Both the position numbers and the translations under genes were made by a program. Shown here piece by piece: positions 35,542 through 47,152 of a DNA stretch of 64,000 nucleotides (position 1 is its first letter; every line of letters begins with the position of its first letter). The notes under the pieces are model-generated. The model ran no database searches. It saw only the letters and a list, made by a program, of their open reading frames with translations, and had not been told where the DNA came from. The DNA lies in NCBI GenBank assembly GCA_004431415.1, contig QPMI01000098.1, positions 62,001-126,000 on the forward strand, given 5' to 3'. The DNA is from Cyanophora paradoxa CCMP329. Its lineage: Eukaryota; Plantae; Glaucophyta.

Positions 35542-38500
35542 TCCGGCGCCCGCTCCGGCGCCGGCGGCGCCGGCTGCGCCGAAGCCCGTCGTGGTGGCGG
35601 AGGAGGACCTGGAGGCGCTGCGGGACGCACTAGACGGCCTCGGCGGCGGTGGCAGCGGCGGCGTCATCCCCAGCAGCTCCGTGCGCGCACCCCGCCCGCT
35701 CGACGTGCCGCTGCGGCGGCCTGACGCGCGGCCGGTCGGCAGGGCGAGCTCGATATCATCGTGCCGCCCGCGCCCATCGGCAACGTGGAGGACGTGCCCC
35801 CGTACTTCGTGCACGCGCAGCCGCCGCCGATGCTCGGCGCTCTGCCGCCGATGATGCTCGGCTCGCCGCCGCCGATGGTGCGCACGCCGCGCCGCGCCGC
35901 GGCAAGGGTGCCGCGAGCACGGCGCGCCGACCCCTCTCCCGCGCCAGGACGAGCTCGCGGAGGAGTCCGAGGGCGCCGCGCGGGGCGAGGCCGAGGAGGG
36001 CGGCGAGCCCGGGCACCCGGCCTCGTGCTACGGCGCCCGCGACGCGAACGACTGCGGGGTGCGGGCGGGCGCCCCGCGTGGCGCGCGGGGCCGGCGCCGC
36101 GCACTGCTGACCGCGGAGCGCGGCGCCGGCAGACGTGCCAGGACGTCGTCGCGGCGTACATCGAGCGCGGCTGGTCCTTCGACCTCGTGCGCCCGCCCCG
36201 CCCCGCCCCGCGCGCCCCTTGGCCTCTGCCAACGTCCCCGCAGCACGCCTTCCACCAGTGCCGCGAGCCCGCGGCGCCCGCCGAGGAGGCGGCGGAGACG
36301 GTCGAGGCGCCGGCCGAGTCGGCCTCTGCCCCGGAGGAGCCCGCCGCACCCGAGGAAAGCGTCTCATCCGCTGACGAGGCCGCTCCTCCCGCGGAGGAGT
36401 CCGCTACGCCCGCAGAGGAGTCGGCTGCGCCCGCGGAGGAGTCGGCTGCGCCCGCGGAGGAGTCGGCTGCGCCCGCGGAGGAGTCGGCTGCGCCCGCGGA
36501 GGAGTCGGCTGCGCCCGCGGAGGAGTCGGCTGCGCCCGCGGAGGAGTCCGCTGCGCCTGCGGAGGAGTCCGCTGCGCCCGCGGAGGAGTCCGCTGCGCCC
36601 GCGGAGGAGTCGGCTGCGCCCGCGGAGGAGTCGGCTGCGCCCGCGGAGGAGTCGGCTGCGCCCGCGGAGGAGTCCGCTGCGCCCGCGGAGGAGTCCGCTG
36701 CGCCTGCGGAGGAGTCCGCTGCGCCTGCGGAGGAGTCCGCTGCGCCTGCGGAGGAGTCCGCTGCGCCTGCGGAGGAGTCGGCTGCGCCCGCGGAGGAGTC
36801 GGCTGCGCCCGCGGAGGAGTCCGCTGCGCCCGCGGAGGAGTCGGCTGCGCCCGCGGAGGAGTCCGCTGCGCCCGCGGAGGAGTCGGCTGCGCCTGCAGAG
36901 GAGTCCGCTGCGCCTGCGGAGGAGTCCGCTGCGCCTGCGGAGGAGTCCGCTGCGCCTGCGGAGGAGTCCGCTGCGCCTGCGGAGGAGTCGGCTGCGCCTG
37001 CGGAGGAGTCGGCTGCGCCCGCGGAGGAGTCGGCTGCGCCCGCGGAGGAGTCGGCTGCGCCCGCGGAGGAGTCGGCTGCGCCCGCGGAGGACACAGCTAC
37101 ACCAGATGCGGAGGCGCCGACAGACACGGTCTCGCGCGACCTCGGATTCCTGTCGGACCTTTCCGAATTTGGCGAGGATGGCCAGGCGGAATGGTCAGAC
37201 ACTCCGGCGGAAGAGGCGGCTGCGGAGGAGGCTGCGGCCGAGACCTCGGCCGAGGAGGCTGCGGCCGAGGAGGCTGCGGCCGAGGAGGCTGCGGCCGAGA
37301 CCCCGGCCGAGGAGGCTGAGGAGGAGGCTGCGGCCGAGGAGGCTGCGGCCGAGACCCCGGCGGAGGAGGCTGAGGAGGAGGCGGCGGCCGAGGAGGCTGC
37401 GGCCGAGACCCCGGCCGAGGAGGCTGAGGAGGAGGCTGCGGCCGAGGAGGCTGCGGCCGAGACCCCAGCCGAGGATGCTGCGGCCGAGGAGGCTGCGGCC
37501 GAGGATGCTGCGGCCGAGGAGGCTGCGGCCGAGACCCCAGCCGAGGAGGCTGAGGAGGAGGCTGCGGCCGAGGAGGCTGCGGCCGAGACCCCGGCCGAGG
37601 AGGCTGAGGAGGAGGCGGCGGCCGAGGAGGCTGCGGCCGAGACCCCGGCCGAGGAGGCTGAGGAGGAGGCGGCGGCCGAGGAGGCTGCGGCCGAGACCCC
37701 GGCCGAGGAGGCTGAGGAGGAGGCTGCGGCCGAGGAGGCTGCGGCCGAGACCCCAGCCGAGGAGGCGGCGGCCGAGGAGGCTGCGGCCGAGGAGCCGGCG
37801 GCCGAGGAGGCTCCTGTCGAGGAGCCGGCGGCGGAGGAGGCTGCAGAAGAGGCTGCGGTGGAGGAGGAAGCCAAGGCAGCCGAAGTGGCCGAGGTGCGCG
37901 CCTCCGGGAGGGGCGGCGGCTTGCGTGGCGCGGGGGCCGGGCGCGACGGGGCGGGGCCGGGGGCGCAGATGGTGGAGCTGGCGGAGGAGGACCCCGCCGC
38001 CCTCGCCGCCGACGTCCTCTCCGACATCCAGGCCCGCCCCGCCCCGCCCCGCCCCGGCCCAGCCCGCGCCTGCCTGACGGGCGCGCCGGGGGACGACAGG
38101 TCGAGCTGGAGGAGGCGCAGGAGAGCGCCGAGGAGGCGGAGGAGGTGGCGGAGGGCGCGGAGGAGGAGGCCGAGCAGGCGGCCGCCGAGGTTGCCGCCCT
38201 CCAGAGCCTCGCCAAGATCGCCTCGTGCGCCCCCGCGCGCCCGCGCCCGGCCGCGGGCCGGCGGCCTGCCCGTCCCTGCCTGACGCCGCCGGCGGGGCGC
38301 GCAGCGAGGAGGAGCGGGAGGGCATCGAGAAGCAGCTCGAGGAGGCGAAGGGGCGCGCGGAGGCGGCGGAGCAGAAGGCGGAGGGGGCGGAGGACAAGGC
38401 GGAGGCCGCGGAGGAGGCCGTAGAGAAGGCGGAGGAGGCCGTGGAGACCGTGGAGAACCTGGCGAAGACCCTCCAGGGGGTGGAGACCGTGGTGGGCGAG

Positions 38501-38752
38501 GCGGAGGAGATCGTCGAGCAGCTCGTCGAGGCGCAGTCCGACGCCGAGGAGGCCGCCGCCGACGCCGCCGTCGCCGAGGGCGGCGAGGAGGAGGCGGAGC
38601 CGGCGCCCGAGGGGGCCCAGGAGGCGGAGGCCGAGGAGGAGACGTTCGTCGAGGCGTTCGAGGAGGACGAGGGGTACGCCGCGCTCGAGGCGCTCGCCGC
38701 GCTGGACGAGGAGGCCCTCCTGCTCGCCGACGCGGCCCACCCCGGCCCGTAG
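30519..38752 (+). CDS. Large acidic protein: duplicated unknown N-terminal helical domain, PA linker, Erv46/ERGIC3-like Cys motif, AEESAAP and AEEAAAETP repeats, acidic coiled-coil-like tail
   Basis: ATG GCG|gtgagc at 30519 splicing to [11 protein letters not shown]. Consistent plus-strand introns. Final exon ...[14 protein letters not shown] with TAG 38750-38752. A few homopolymer indels. Confidence 0.65.
30607..34380 (+). repeat. Near-identical tandem duplication (~30607-32411 and ~32576-34380, offset 1969 bp) including introns
   Basis: Exon and intron sequences match almost base for base between the two copies. Confidence 0.95.
36388..37090 (+). repeat. 21-bp coding tandem repeat (AEESAAP), about 33 copies
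   Basis: gcggaggagtc[gc]gctgcgcc[ct] repeated. Confidence 0.95.
37206..37860 (+). repeat. Coding tandem repeat of 15-bp and 54-bp units (AEEAA / [18 protein letters not shown])
   Basis: gccgaggaggctgcggccgagacccc units directly visible. Confidence 0.9.
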
Positions 38753-39170
38753 CCCGCCCCCCAGCCTGCTGGCGTGATGTGAGCAGCCGCAGCGCCAGCT
38801 AGGCGCCCGAGACTGCTGCGCGTGTAATCGTTTCCTGCTGTGCATTTTAAGTATTATATTGCCGCGTATTTGCCACATCTAGCTGAACTGACCTGACTGA
38901 GTCACCTGAACGTGGGGGTACCGCCTGGCCCATTATTTTCCGCGGTTCGGCGGGTAGGGGCCAGTGGATCCGGAGACGTCAGGTGAGAACCGTAGGAGCC
39001 GGCCGCACACGTGCACCGTATAGCCTCATAGTTGTTGACCCCGCAGTTGTTGCAACAGTCGAAAAATTCTGAAAGCCTCGTAGAAAGCGTTCACCGTCGA
39101 AGCCCGGGCCGAGAGCGCGGGGACCCGCAGCCACACCTTGATCACTTCGCTGTCGACGTCGCTCGTCCTT

Positions 39171-42100
39171 ATGGACTTCCGCAGCGACAGCGGGCCGACG
39201 GCGACTGCAGCTCCCGCGGCCGCGGCCCAACCGCCTGCCGACGAGGTCAACCCGCGGCTGGCTGCAGACGTCGGTTTAGCTGTAGAAGTTCTGGATGAGC
39301 TCGCGAAACACATTGTTACGCTCTGGCCGGATGATGACGCTGCGGCCGCGGAGATTCAGTGTGCGTTGGCCGGCCCCGAGCGCTCATACGAAGCCCGCGG
39401 CCGGCGGCTGGCGCCGACGCTTACTCTTAAGGACCTTCCGGGTTCGTATGCTGTTGTGCATGTTCTCCTGGGCCGGTTTCGCCTCGTGCTAAGGAAGCCG
39501 TAGGCGATTTGATGCTCCTGCTGATGGAGAATGAGGCCGCTGTCAGCGGCACGATCGGCGCTCTGCGAGGCCTGGCCTCTGCTCGGCGATGCTTTCAAAA
39601 GCTGGCGTATGGCGACTTCTCAACGCTCTTCCGGGAGCCCATCTTCGTCAAGATCCGTCCGAAGTTGGCCATGGGCTTTGTGAGTGTGAGCCGCGTTCGC
39701 ATCGCCCATTGCAACCCAGCAAGCGCCCGGCGCGTGCGCTTGTGCTCGCTCTAACTCTCAGTGTAGTTGGGCGGGGAGTGGAGGGGCGGCGACACGATAG
39801 AGGATGTGGAGGAGCTAAGCGGGAAGGTCGGCCACCGCTTCGAGCGGCTGCACCTCGGCAACGTGCGGTTCGTCCTCCACGCGGGTCCCGCGGACGGCGC
39901 CCTCCGAGAGACCCTCCGCTCCTGCCCGGACCTCACGCACCTCTCCCTCGCCGGGGCGGACCGCCGCGACGCCTTCTCCGCCCTCGCCGCCCTCGAGCAC
40001 CTCCCCGACGGCTTCGCGCTGCCCCGCCTCCGCCACCTCGACCTCTCCGGCCTCGCCGTGCCCCTCCCCGCCCTCCGCCGCCTCCTCGCCGCCTGCGCCC
40101 CCTCCCTCCAGCGCCTCTTCCTCCGGTGCGCGGCCCCCTCGCCGCCCTCCCCTGCCGGCGCCACCCGCGCGCCTGATCCGGCGGCAGGGGCGCCAATATC
40201 CACTTCAACCCGAGCGATGCGTTCTTCGAGCTCGAGTGCGCGCGCCTCGAGCCGCCATCACCCCCCGCCCACCCACCCCAAGCCCTTGACCCGGTACCCC
40301 CGCCGCGCAGCTTCCCCCGTCTGGAGAGCCTGGACCTCAGCGTCGAGGGGGCCAGCGCGGAGGACATGCGGGCCCTCGTGGGGGGTACCCTCCCGCGCCT
40401 CCCCGCCCTCCGCGAGCTCTACGCCGTGCGCGCCCCGCCCCGCCCCGCCCCGCCCCGCACAGCCCAGGCCGGCCGCGCGCCCCTGACGGCGGGCCGGCGG
40501 CAGGACGTGCGGGACGAGTACCGCAGCCTCTCGCACGCCGGCCCCGCGCGCATGCTGGCTGCCGAGTTCCGCCGCCCGGGCCTCCTCATCGTCTCCCAGG
40601 GCCTCGTGCGCAGCCGGCCCCACGCCTCTTCTTCCTTGCGCTCCGGGCGGACCCAACGTCCCGCGCCGCAGCTCGAGATGGACGCGGAGTCGCTGGGGGA
40701 GCTCCACGAGCACTTTGTCGGGTCGGGGCGGCCCCGCCCTGAGGAAGACGCCCCCCTCGACGTACCCCGCATCGTGACCCTCGTCTTCCTCGCCTGTCCG
40801 CCTCTACCCCTCCTTCCCGGCCTGCCTCCCTCCCCTGTTCGCCGATCGCTCTCGCGTTTCGTCGCAGCGCTCTCGTCCGGGGCGGAGGGGGTCGAGGTCG
40901 CGCGTCGCCTCGTGGCGGCGGCCGGTGTCTCGCCGCTCGCCCGCGTCCACAGGCGCTCGCCAAGCAGCCCGTGGGCGAGTCGTGATACCCCGCCCACGGC
41001 TGCGCCTCGCCGCGCTATCACCCTTAGCCGCTGACTGCCTGCGCCAGCTTCCCCCCTACTTCCGCCCCGTGGAAGGCGAAGTGTACCGGCGAGAGCCGCT
41101 GTGCGCGGCGGGCGCGACCGCCCTCCACCTCATCGTTGCGCGCTCCCTCGACGCGGCCGTCGCCCGGAAGGCGCGCGCGCTTCCTGCCCGGCACCGGCCC
41201 CCGCCTCTTCCGCTGACGCCGGCTGCAGCTGATCGCGGAGTGGGGCCTGGCGCCCCTCGCGAACGTCGCGCTGCGCTCGGGCAGCCGCCGCACGCCCCTC
41301 CTCCTCGCCGCCGAGCGCTCTCCCGAGCTGGTGCAGGACTTGCTGGACCTCGGCGCCGACCCGCTCTGCAAGGCGCGCCGCCCGGCCGACCGTACCCCGT
41401 GCGATTCGCGCTCTCGCCCCTGACGCCGCAAGCAGGACGCCAAAGGCGCCACTGCGCTGCACGTCGCTTGCGAATTCGGGCAGGTGGACGCTTCGCGGGC
41501 GCTGCTGGAGGCGGCGTCAAAGACGGGGCGCCTGCTCGGCATCCTTTCTGCAACGACCTGCAAGGGGCAAGCGCCCGTCCACGTCGCAATCGAGCACTGT
41601 CCCGCCCTTGTGAAGATCCTGCTGGAGTTCGGCGCCGACCCGCTCTGCAAGGTGCACCCTGGTCATTGCTCGCGCGCTCGAGCTCGCGCTGTCGCCCCTG
41701 ACACTGCAAGCAGGACGCTACAGGTGCCACTGCTCTGCACGTCGCCTGCGAGCTCGGGCGGGTGTACGCTTCGTGGGCGCTGCTGGAGGCGGCGGCGAAG
41801 ACGGAGCGCCTGCTCGACATCCTTACTGCTAGGGACCGCAAGGGACGAGCGCCCGTCCACGTCGCAATCGAGCACTGCCCCGCCGTCGTGGAGGTCCTGC
41901 TAAAATTCGGCGCCGACCCGCTCTGCAAGGTGCGCCCTGCTTGCAGGCTCAAGACCAGCACTCTGCATCTGCCTCACGATCACACGCGGCGAGCAGAACG
42001 CAGAGGGCTCCACCGCGCTGTACTGCGCCTTCGAGCATCGGGCAGCAGACGCTGCGCGGGCTCTCCTGAATGCGGCAGTTCGCGGCAGCTCGCGGCTCCG

Positions 42101-45100
42101 CTTCTTTCATGCGACTGACCGCGCGGGCCGCACCCTGCTGCACCTGGCCGTCCGGTGTGCGCCTCAGCTCGTGGACCAGCTGATCGGTCTGGGCGCCGAC
42201 CCGCTCCGCCAGGCGCGCCCCGCTTGCACGCTCCGCGCTGGCGCCCCTCACGCGGCAGGCAGGACGCGGCGGGGGACAACGCGCTGCACACTGCGTGCAA
42301 ATGCGGGCGGGTGGACGAGGCGCGGGCCCTCTTGCGGTCCGTGAGCCGCGCGGAGCTCGAGCGCCTGCTCGAGCTCGCGGACGCCGGCGGGGGCCCGGGC
42401 CCGGGCCGCCCCTTGCTCTGCCTCGCGATCGAGCACGCGCCGGCGCTGGTCGAGGACCTGCTGAAGCTCAGCGTCGACCCTTACTGGCAGGCGCGCGCGC
42501 CCCCCGGCTGCGCACCCCGCCCCCGCCCCGCCCCGCTTCTCACGTGGCGGGCAGACCGAGACCGCGGCGGGCTCCACCGCGGCGCGGAAAGCATCGAAAC
42601 GCACGAGACTTGAGCTCCCTGCGATGCACTGCGCGGGCCGCCCCTTGCTCCACTTCGCCGTTGAGCTCTTGCCGCACCTCGTGGGGATCCTGCTCGAGTT
42701 CGGCGCCGACCCGCTCCGCCCGGCGCGCCCCGTCTGGACGCGTACGCTAAACGCTCGGCCCCGACGCCGCGCCGCGGGCAGGACGCGGCGGGGGACACGG
42801 CGCTGCACGTCGCGTGCGAGCGCGGGCGGGTGTACGCGGCGCGCGCCATGCGTGAGTCACGGCCGCCGACCGCGCCGAGCTCTACCTCCTGCTCGCGCGG
42901 TGCAGCGCGAGCCGCCCCCTGCTGCACCTCGCCATCGAGCGCTCGCCCGCGATCGTCGATGATCTGCTGGAGCTCGGTGCCGACCCGCTTTGCAAGGCGC
43001 GCCAGCGATTGCGCGCCCAGTGCACACGCACGGCCCCGCCCCGCCTCTCACGCCGCAAGCAGAACGCCAAAGGGGCCACTGCGCTGCACGTCGCGTGCGA
43101 GCTGGGGCGGGTGGACGTGTCGCGGGCGCTGCTGAATGCGGCGGGCGACGCGAGATTCGGCCTCCTTTCTGCACGCGACGCTGCGGGCCGAAGCCCGCTC
43201 CACCTCGCCACCGAGCGCTCGCCCGCGCTGGTCAAGCTTCTGCTGGAGTCTGGGGCCGACCCCTTCCACCAGGCGCGCCCCGAGCGCGCGCTCCGCTCGC
43301 TGCGCGATCGCGTTCGCGATCGCGATCGCGCGCAGGACGGCGCCGGCTGCACGGCGCTGCACGCCGCCTGCGCGCGCGGGCGGGAGGGCGCGGCGCGGGC
43401 GCTGCTGGCGGCGTCGGGGCGCCGGGGGCTCTTCGTGAAGGACCGCGCCGGCCGCACCCCGCTCCGGCGCCTGGTCGCGGACGCCGGCGCGGGCCCCTGC
43501 GCCCTCGCGAGCCGCTCCCGCATCGCCGTCCACGCCGTCGGTGCGCCCCTCCGCTCCTGCTCCCGCGCCCCGCCCGCCCGCCGCCGAACGCCTTTCGCAG
43601 AGTCGCTGCGGCTCGACGGCCCGGCGCTGGAGGCGCTGGGCGTGCGCCGCGCCTTCCTCGAGGAGCCGCGCTGGGGCCGGGCGGCCGCGGGCCCGCCGGC
43701 GCCGGGGCCCCGCGGGGCGCCGAGCCCTGCTCCTCTTCGCGGCCCGCGAGGGGACCCCCGCCGCCGTCCTCGCCCTCCTCCGCGCCGGGGCGGACCCAGG
43801 CCTGCAGGCGCGGTCCCGCCCTTTCCAGAGATCGATCTGCCACCTGACGCGCCTCGGGCCGCAGGACGGGGCCGGGGCGACGGCGCTGCAGGTCGCCGCG
43901 AGGGCGGGGAACGCGGCGCTCCGCGAGGCCCTCCTCGCCTTCGCCGCGGAGAGGCCGGCGACCCCCGCCCGCCCCGTCAGCCCCGCGCCGCCCCACCGGC
44001 CCCGCCGCGCAAACGGGCCGGCGCAGGGCGCCGCGCTGCCGGCGGGGGCGCTGCCGGCCGCCGCCGCGCTCGCCGAGTCCGCCCACCGCGGCGAGCGGCT
44101 CGTCCTCGGCGAAGTGGGGCTCGCGGTGGGGCGCGACCGCAAGCGCAAGCGCCCCCGCGACGGCGGCGTCGAGCCCGCCCCCGGCGACGTGCGTCACCTC
44201 CTTCCGACCGCGCTCCGCCGCTGCCCGAACCTCACGCACCTCTCCCTCGCCGGGGCGGACCGCCGCGACGCCTTCTCCGCCCTCGCCGCCCTCGAGCACC
44301 TCCCCGACGGCTTCGCGCTGCCCCGCCTCCGCCACCTCGACCTCTCCGGCCTCGCCGTGCCCCTCCCCGCCCTCCGCCGCCTCCTCGCCGCCTGCGCCCC
44401 CTCCCTCCAGCGCCTCTTCCTCCGGTGCGCGGCCCCCTCGCCGCCCTCCCCTGCCGGCGCCACCCGCGCGCCTGATCCGGCGGCAGGGGCGCGCTCGTGG
44501 TGGGCCCGGACGAGGGCAGCGAGTGGCTCGGGCGGGCGCTGGAGGGGGAGCCGGCGGCGGGCGCCGCCTGCAGGGCCCTCGTCCCGCCTTCGACGGCCTC
44601 GAGTGCGCGGCCGCCCGGCCACCGGCCCCGGCCCGCCCGACGCGCCGCCGCGCAGCTTGCCGCGCCTGGAGGGCCTGGACGTGTCGCACACGGGCGCGGG
44701 CGCCGTAGAGCTGGCGTCCCTCCTCGCCCGCCTCCCCGCCCTCCACGACCTCTACGCGGCGCGCCCCGCCCCGCCCCGACCCGCCCAGGCCGGCCTGACG
44801 CGGGCCGCCGGCAGGTCTGTGCCGGCCCCGGCGCGCGCCGCGGGGAGCTGGAGCGTCTGGCGGAGGACGCCCGCCGCTCCGGCTGCCTCGTCGTCCACTC
44901 GCGGCTGGTGCGCGAGCGCCCGTCCGAGAGGAGGCGGGCCCGCCCAACGCGCCGCAGCTCGAGATGGGCGCGGAGTCGCTGCGGGCGATGCGCGAGCACT
45001 TCGGGTCGGGGCGGCCCCGCCCCGAGGAAGACCGCGTCGCCGTGCCCCGCGTCGAGCTCGTCTCCTTCCTGAAAGGTACCCGCGCGCCCCAGCCGGCCGC

Positions 45101-46491
45101 GCCGGCACGGGCGCCGACGGCTCTGCAGCGCTTGCGGGCGGCCCCGGTGGGGTCGCGGACGCCCGGCGCGCCGTGGCGGCCCTCGAGCGGGGCGTCGCCC
45201 CCGTCGAGATCGCGCGCCTCCCCGAGCCCCCAGCGGCCCCTGGGCGAGCCCCGCCGCCCGCCCGCGTCTCGTCGCCCCGGCCCCCGCTGACCGCCTGCCG
45301 GCCAGGTCCCCCCCTTCTTCCGGGACGCGCACGAGGAGCTCAGCGGGGCGCTGTGCGCCGCCGTGCCGCCGTGCGCGGAGGGCGCGACCGCCCTCCACCT
45401 CATCGCTGTGGCCGCCCCTCCTTTCCCGGCCGCTCTCGCGCGGCAGGCGCGCGCGCTTCCTGCCCGGCACCGGCCCCCGCCTCTTCCGCTGACGCCGGCT
45501 GCAGCTGATCGCGGAGTGGGGCCTGGCGCCCCTCGCGAACGTCGCGCTGCGCTCGGGCAGCCGCCGCACGCCCCTCCTCCTCGCCGCCGAGCGCGCGCCG
45601 CACCTCGTCGAGGTCCTACTCGATGCCGGCGCCGACCCGCTCTGCAAGGTGCGCCCTGCAGCGCTGCGCGCTCGGCGCTCGATCTGGACCTGCCCCCGAC
45701 GCCGCGCCGGGGGCAGGGCGGGGCGGGAGAGACGGCGCTGCACGCCGCCTGCGCGTTCGGGCACTTCGAGGCGGCGCGGGCGCTGCTGGCGGCGGCGGCG
45801 GCAGCGGCGGGCCGCGGGCTCGACCTCGTCTCCGCGCGGGACGGGGCCGGCCGCAGCCCGCTCCAGCTCCTCGCCTCGGACGCCCTCCCGCGGACGGCAG
45901 GGTCGCCCTGCTCCCGAGCAGGAGCGCCGCCGCGCGCACGCCGTCCTCCACAGCCGCTCCCGCATCGCCGTCCACGCCGTCGGTGCGCCCTCCGCTCCTG
46001 CTCCCGCGCCCCGCCCGCCGCCGCCGAACGCCTTTCGCAGAGTCCCTCCGGCTCGACGGCCCGGCGCTGGAGGCGCTGGGCGTGCGCCGCGCCTTCCTCG
46101 AGGAGCCGCGCTGGGGCCGGGGCGGCCGCGGGCCCGCCGGCGCCGGGGCCCCGCGGGGCGCCGATCGCGAGCCCCTGCTCCTCTTCGCGGCCCGCGAGGG
46201 GACCCCCGCCGCCGTCCTCGCCCTCCTCCGCGCCGGGGCGGACCCAGGCCTCAAGGTGCGGTCCCGTGCCTTTCCAGAGATTGATCTGCCACCTCATCCG
46301 GCGCCCCTGGGCAGGACGGGGCCGGGGCGACGGCGCTGCGCATCGCAGAGCAGAAGCGGGACGCGGCGCTGCGCGGGGTACTCCTCGCCTTCGCCGAGGA
46401 GGAGGGCGTACCCCTGGACCGCCTCCGCGGCTCGGCCGTGCACGTGGGCCCCCGCCCGGAGAAGCGGGCCCGCACCTCTGGCCCTCTCTGA
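39171..46491 (+). CDS. F-box-like + RNI-type LRR + ankyrin-repeat protein with a duplicated LRR-ANK module (one gene, or two fused paralogues)
   Basis: ATG 39171. Spliced LKDLPGDLMLLLME...LRGLASARRCFQKLAY (F-box-like). CPDLTHLSLAG and LPRLRHLDLSG (LRR). Many DxxGxTALHxACxxG...GRxPLHxAxExxPxLVxLLLxxGADP ankyrin pairs. Last exon 46315-46491 ends in TGA. One cassette exon (42782-42996) is 1 nt short. Confidence 0.75.
39922..46395 (+). repeat. Dispersed internal duplications within the LRR-ankyrin gene
   Basis: 39922-40193 matches 44221-44492; ~41170-41370 matches ~45447-45648; ~43511-43942 matches ~45952-46395. Introns are included in the matches. Confidence 0.9.
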
Positions 46492-47152
46492 AGAGAAAAC
46501 AAAATTCTAAATCTTCTAAAGCTTTTCAGACTCTTTCTAAGCTCTCTCTTTAATATAGCTCTGTCCTTCTTTCACACTGTATTATGAAGTTAAGCTTAAG
46601 TTTAGTGCCTGTACATGTTTGAAGAATTTCGTGTATGTTTTGTACATAGCAGAGAGCATTCATCTTGATTAGGGTTTTCTAAATTCCTTGATCTTCGTAT
46701 GGACATTTCCTTCGACTGCGCATTGCCCGCCTTCAAGCTTTTAAGGCCTCCTAGGCCTCAAGGCCTTCAGGCCTTGGCCTTAAGCTTGTATACGTACTTC
46801 GTATTTGAACTAAATTGCTTTGCGATTGAAGAATAAACCGCTCGCGTCGCCCATACACCAGCACTACGTCGCGCGCCCGCACCGCGCGCGACCGCGAGTT
46901 GCGCGCGCAATGCAAGTGGCCATGGGCCCCTGGTCGGCATGCGCACGATCGGATCGTAAAGCGCTAGCGCTATCGAGCCTTGCTCATGATGATCGATATC
47001 GGCCCGCGGCGGTGTGCCGGCAGGCGCCCCCGGCCGCGCGCGCGGGCCCCCAAGCCGGAAAAAGTCGGTATCCCCCAAGCCAGCCGGAAAAAAAGTCGCG
47101 CCAGCAGTTAGGCTCCAGGCGGCAGGCGGCAGGTTTCAGCTTGGTCTCGAAG

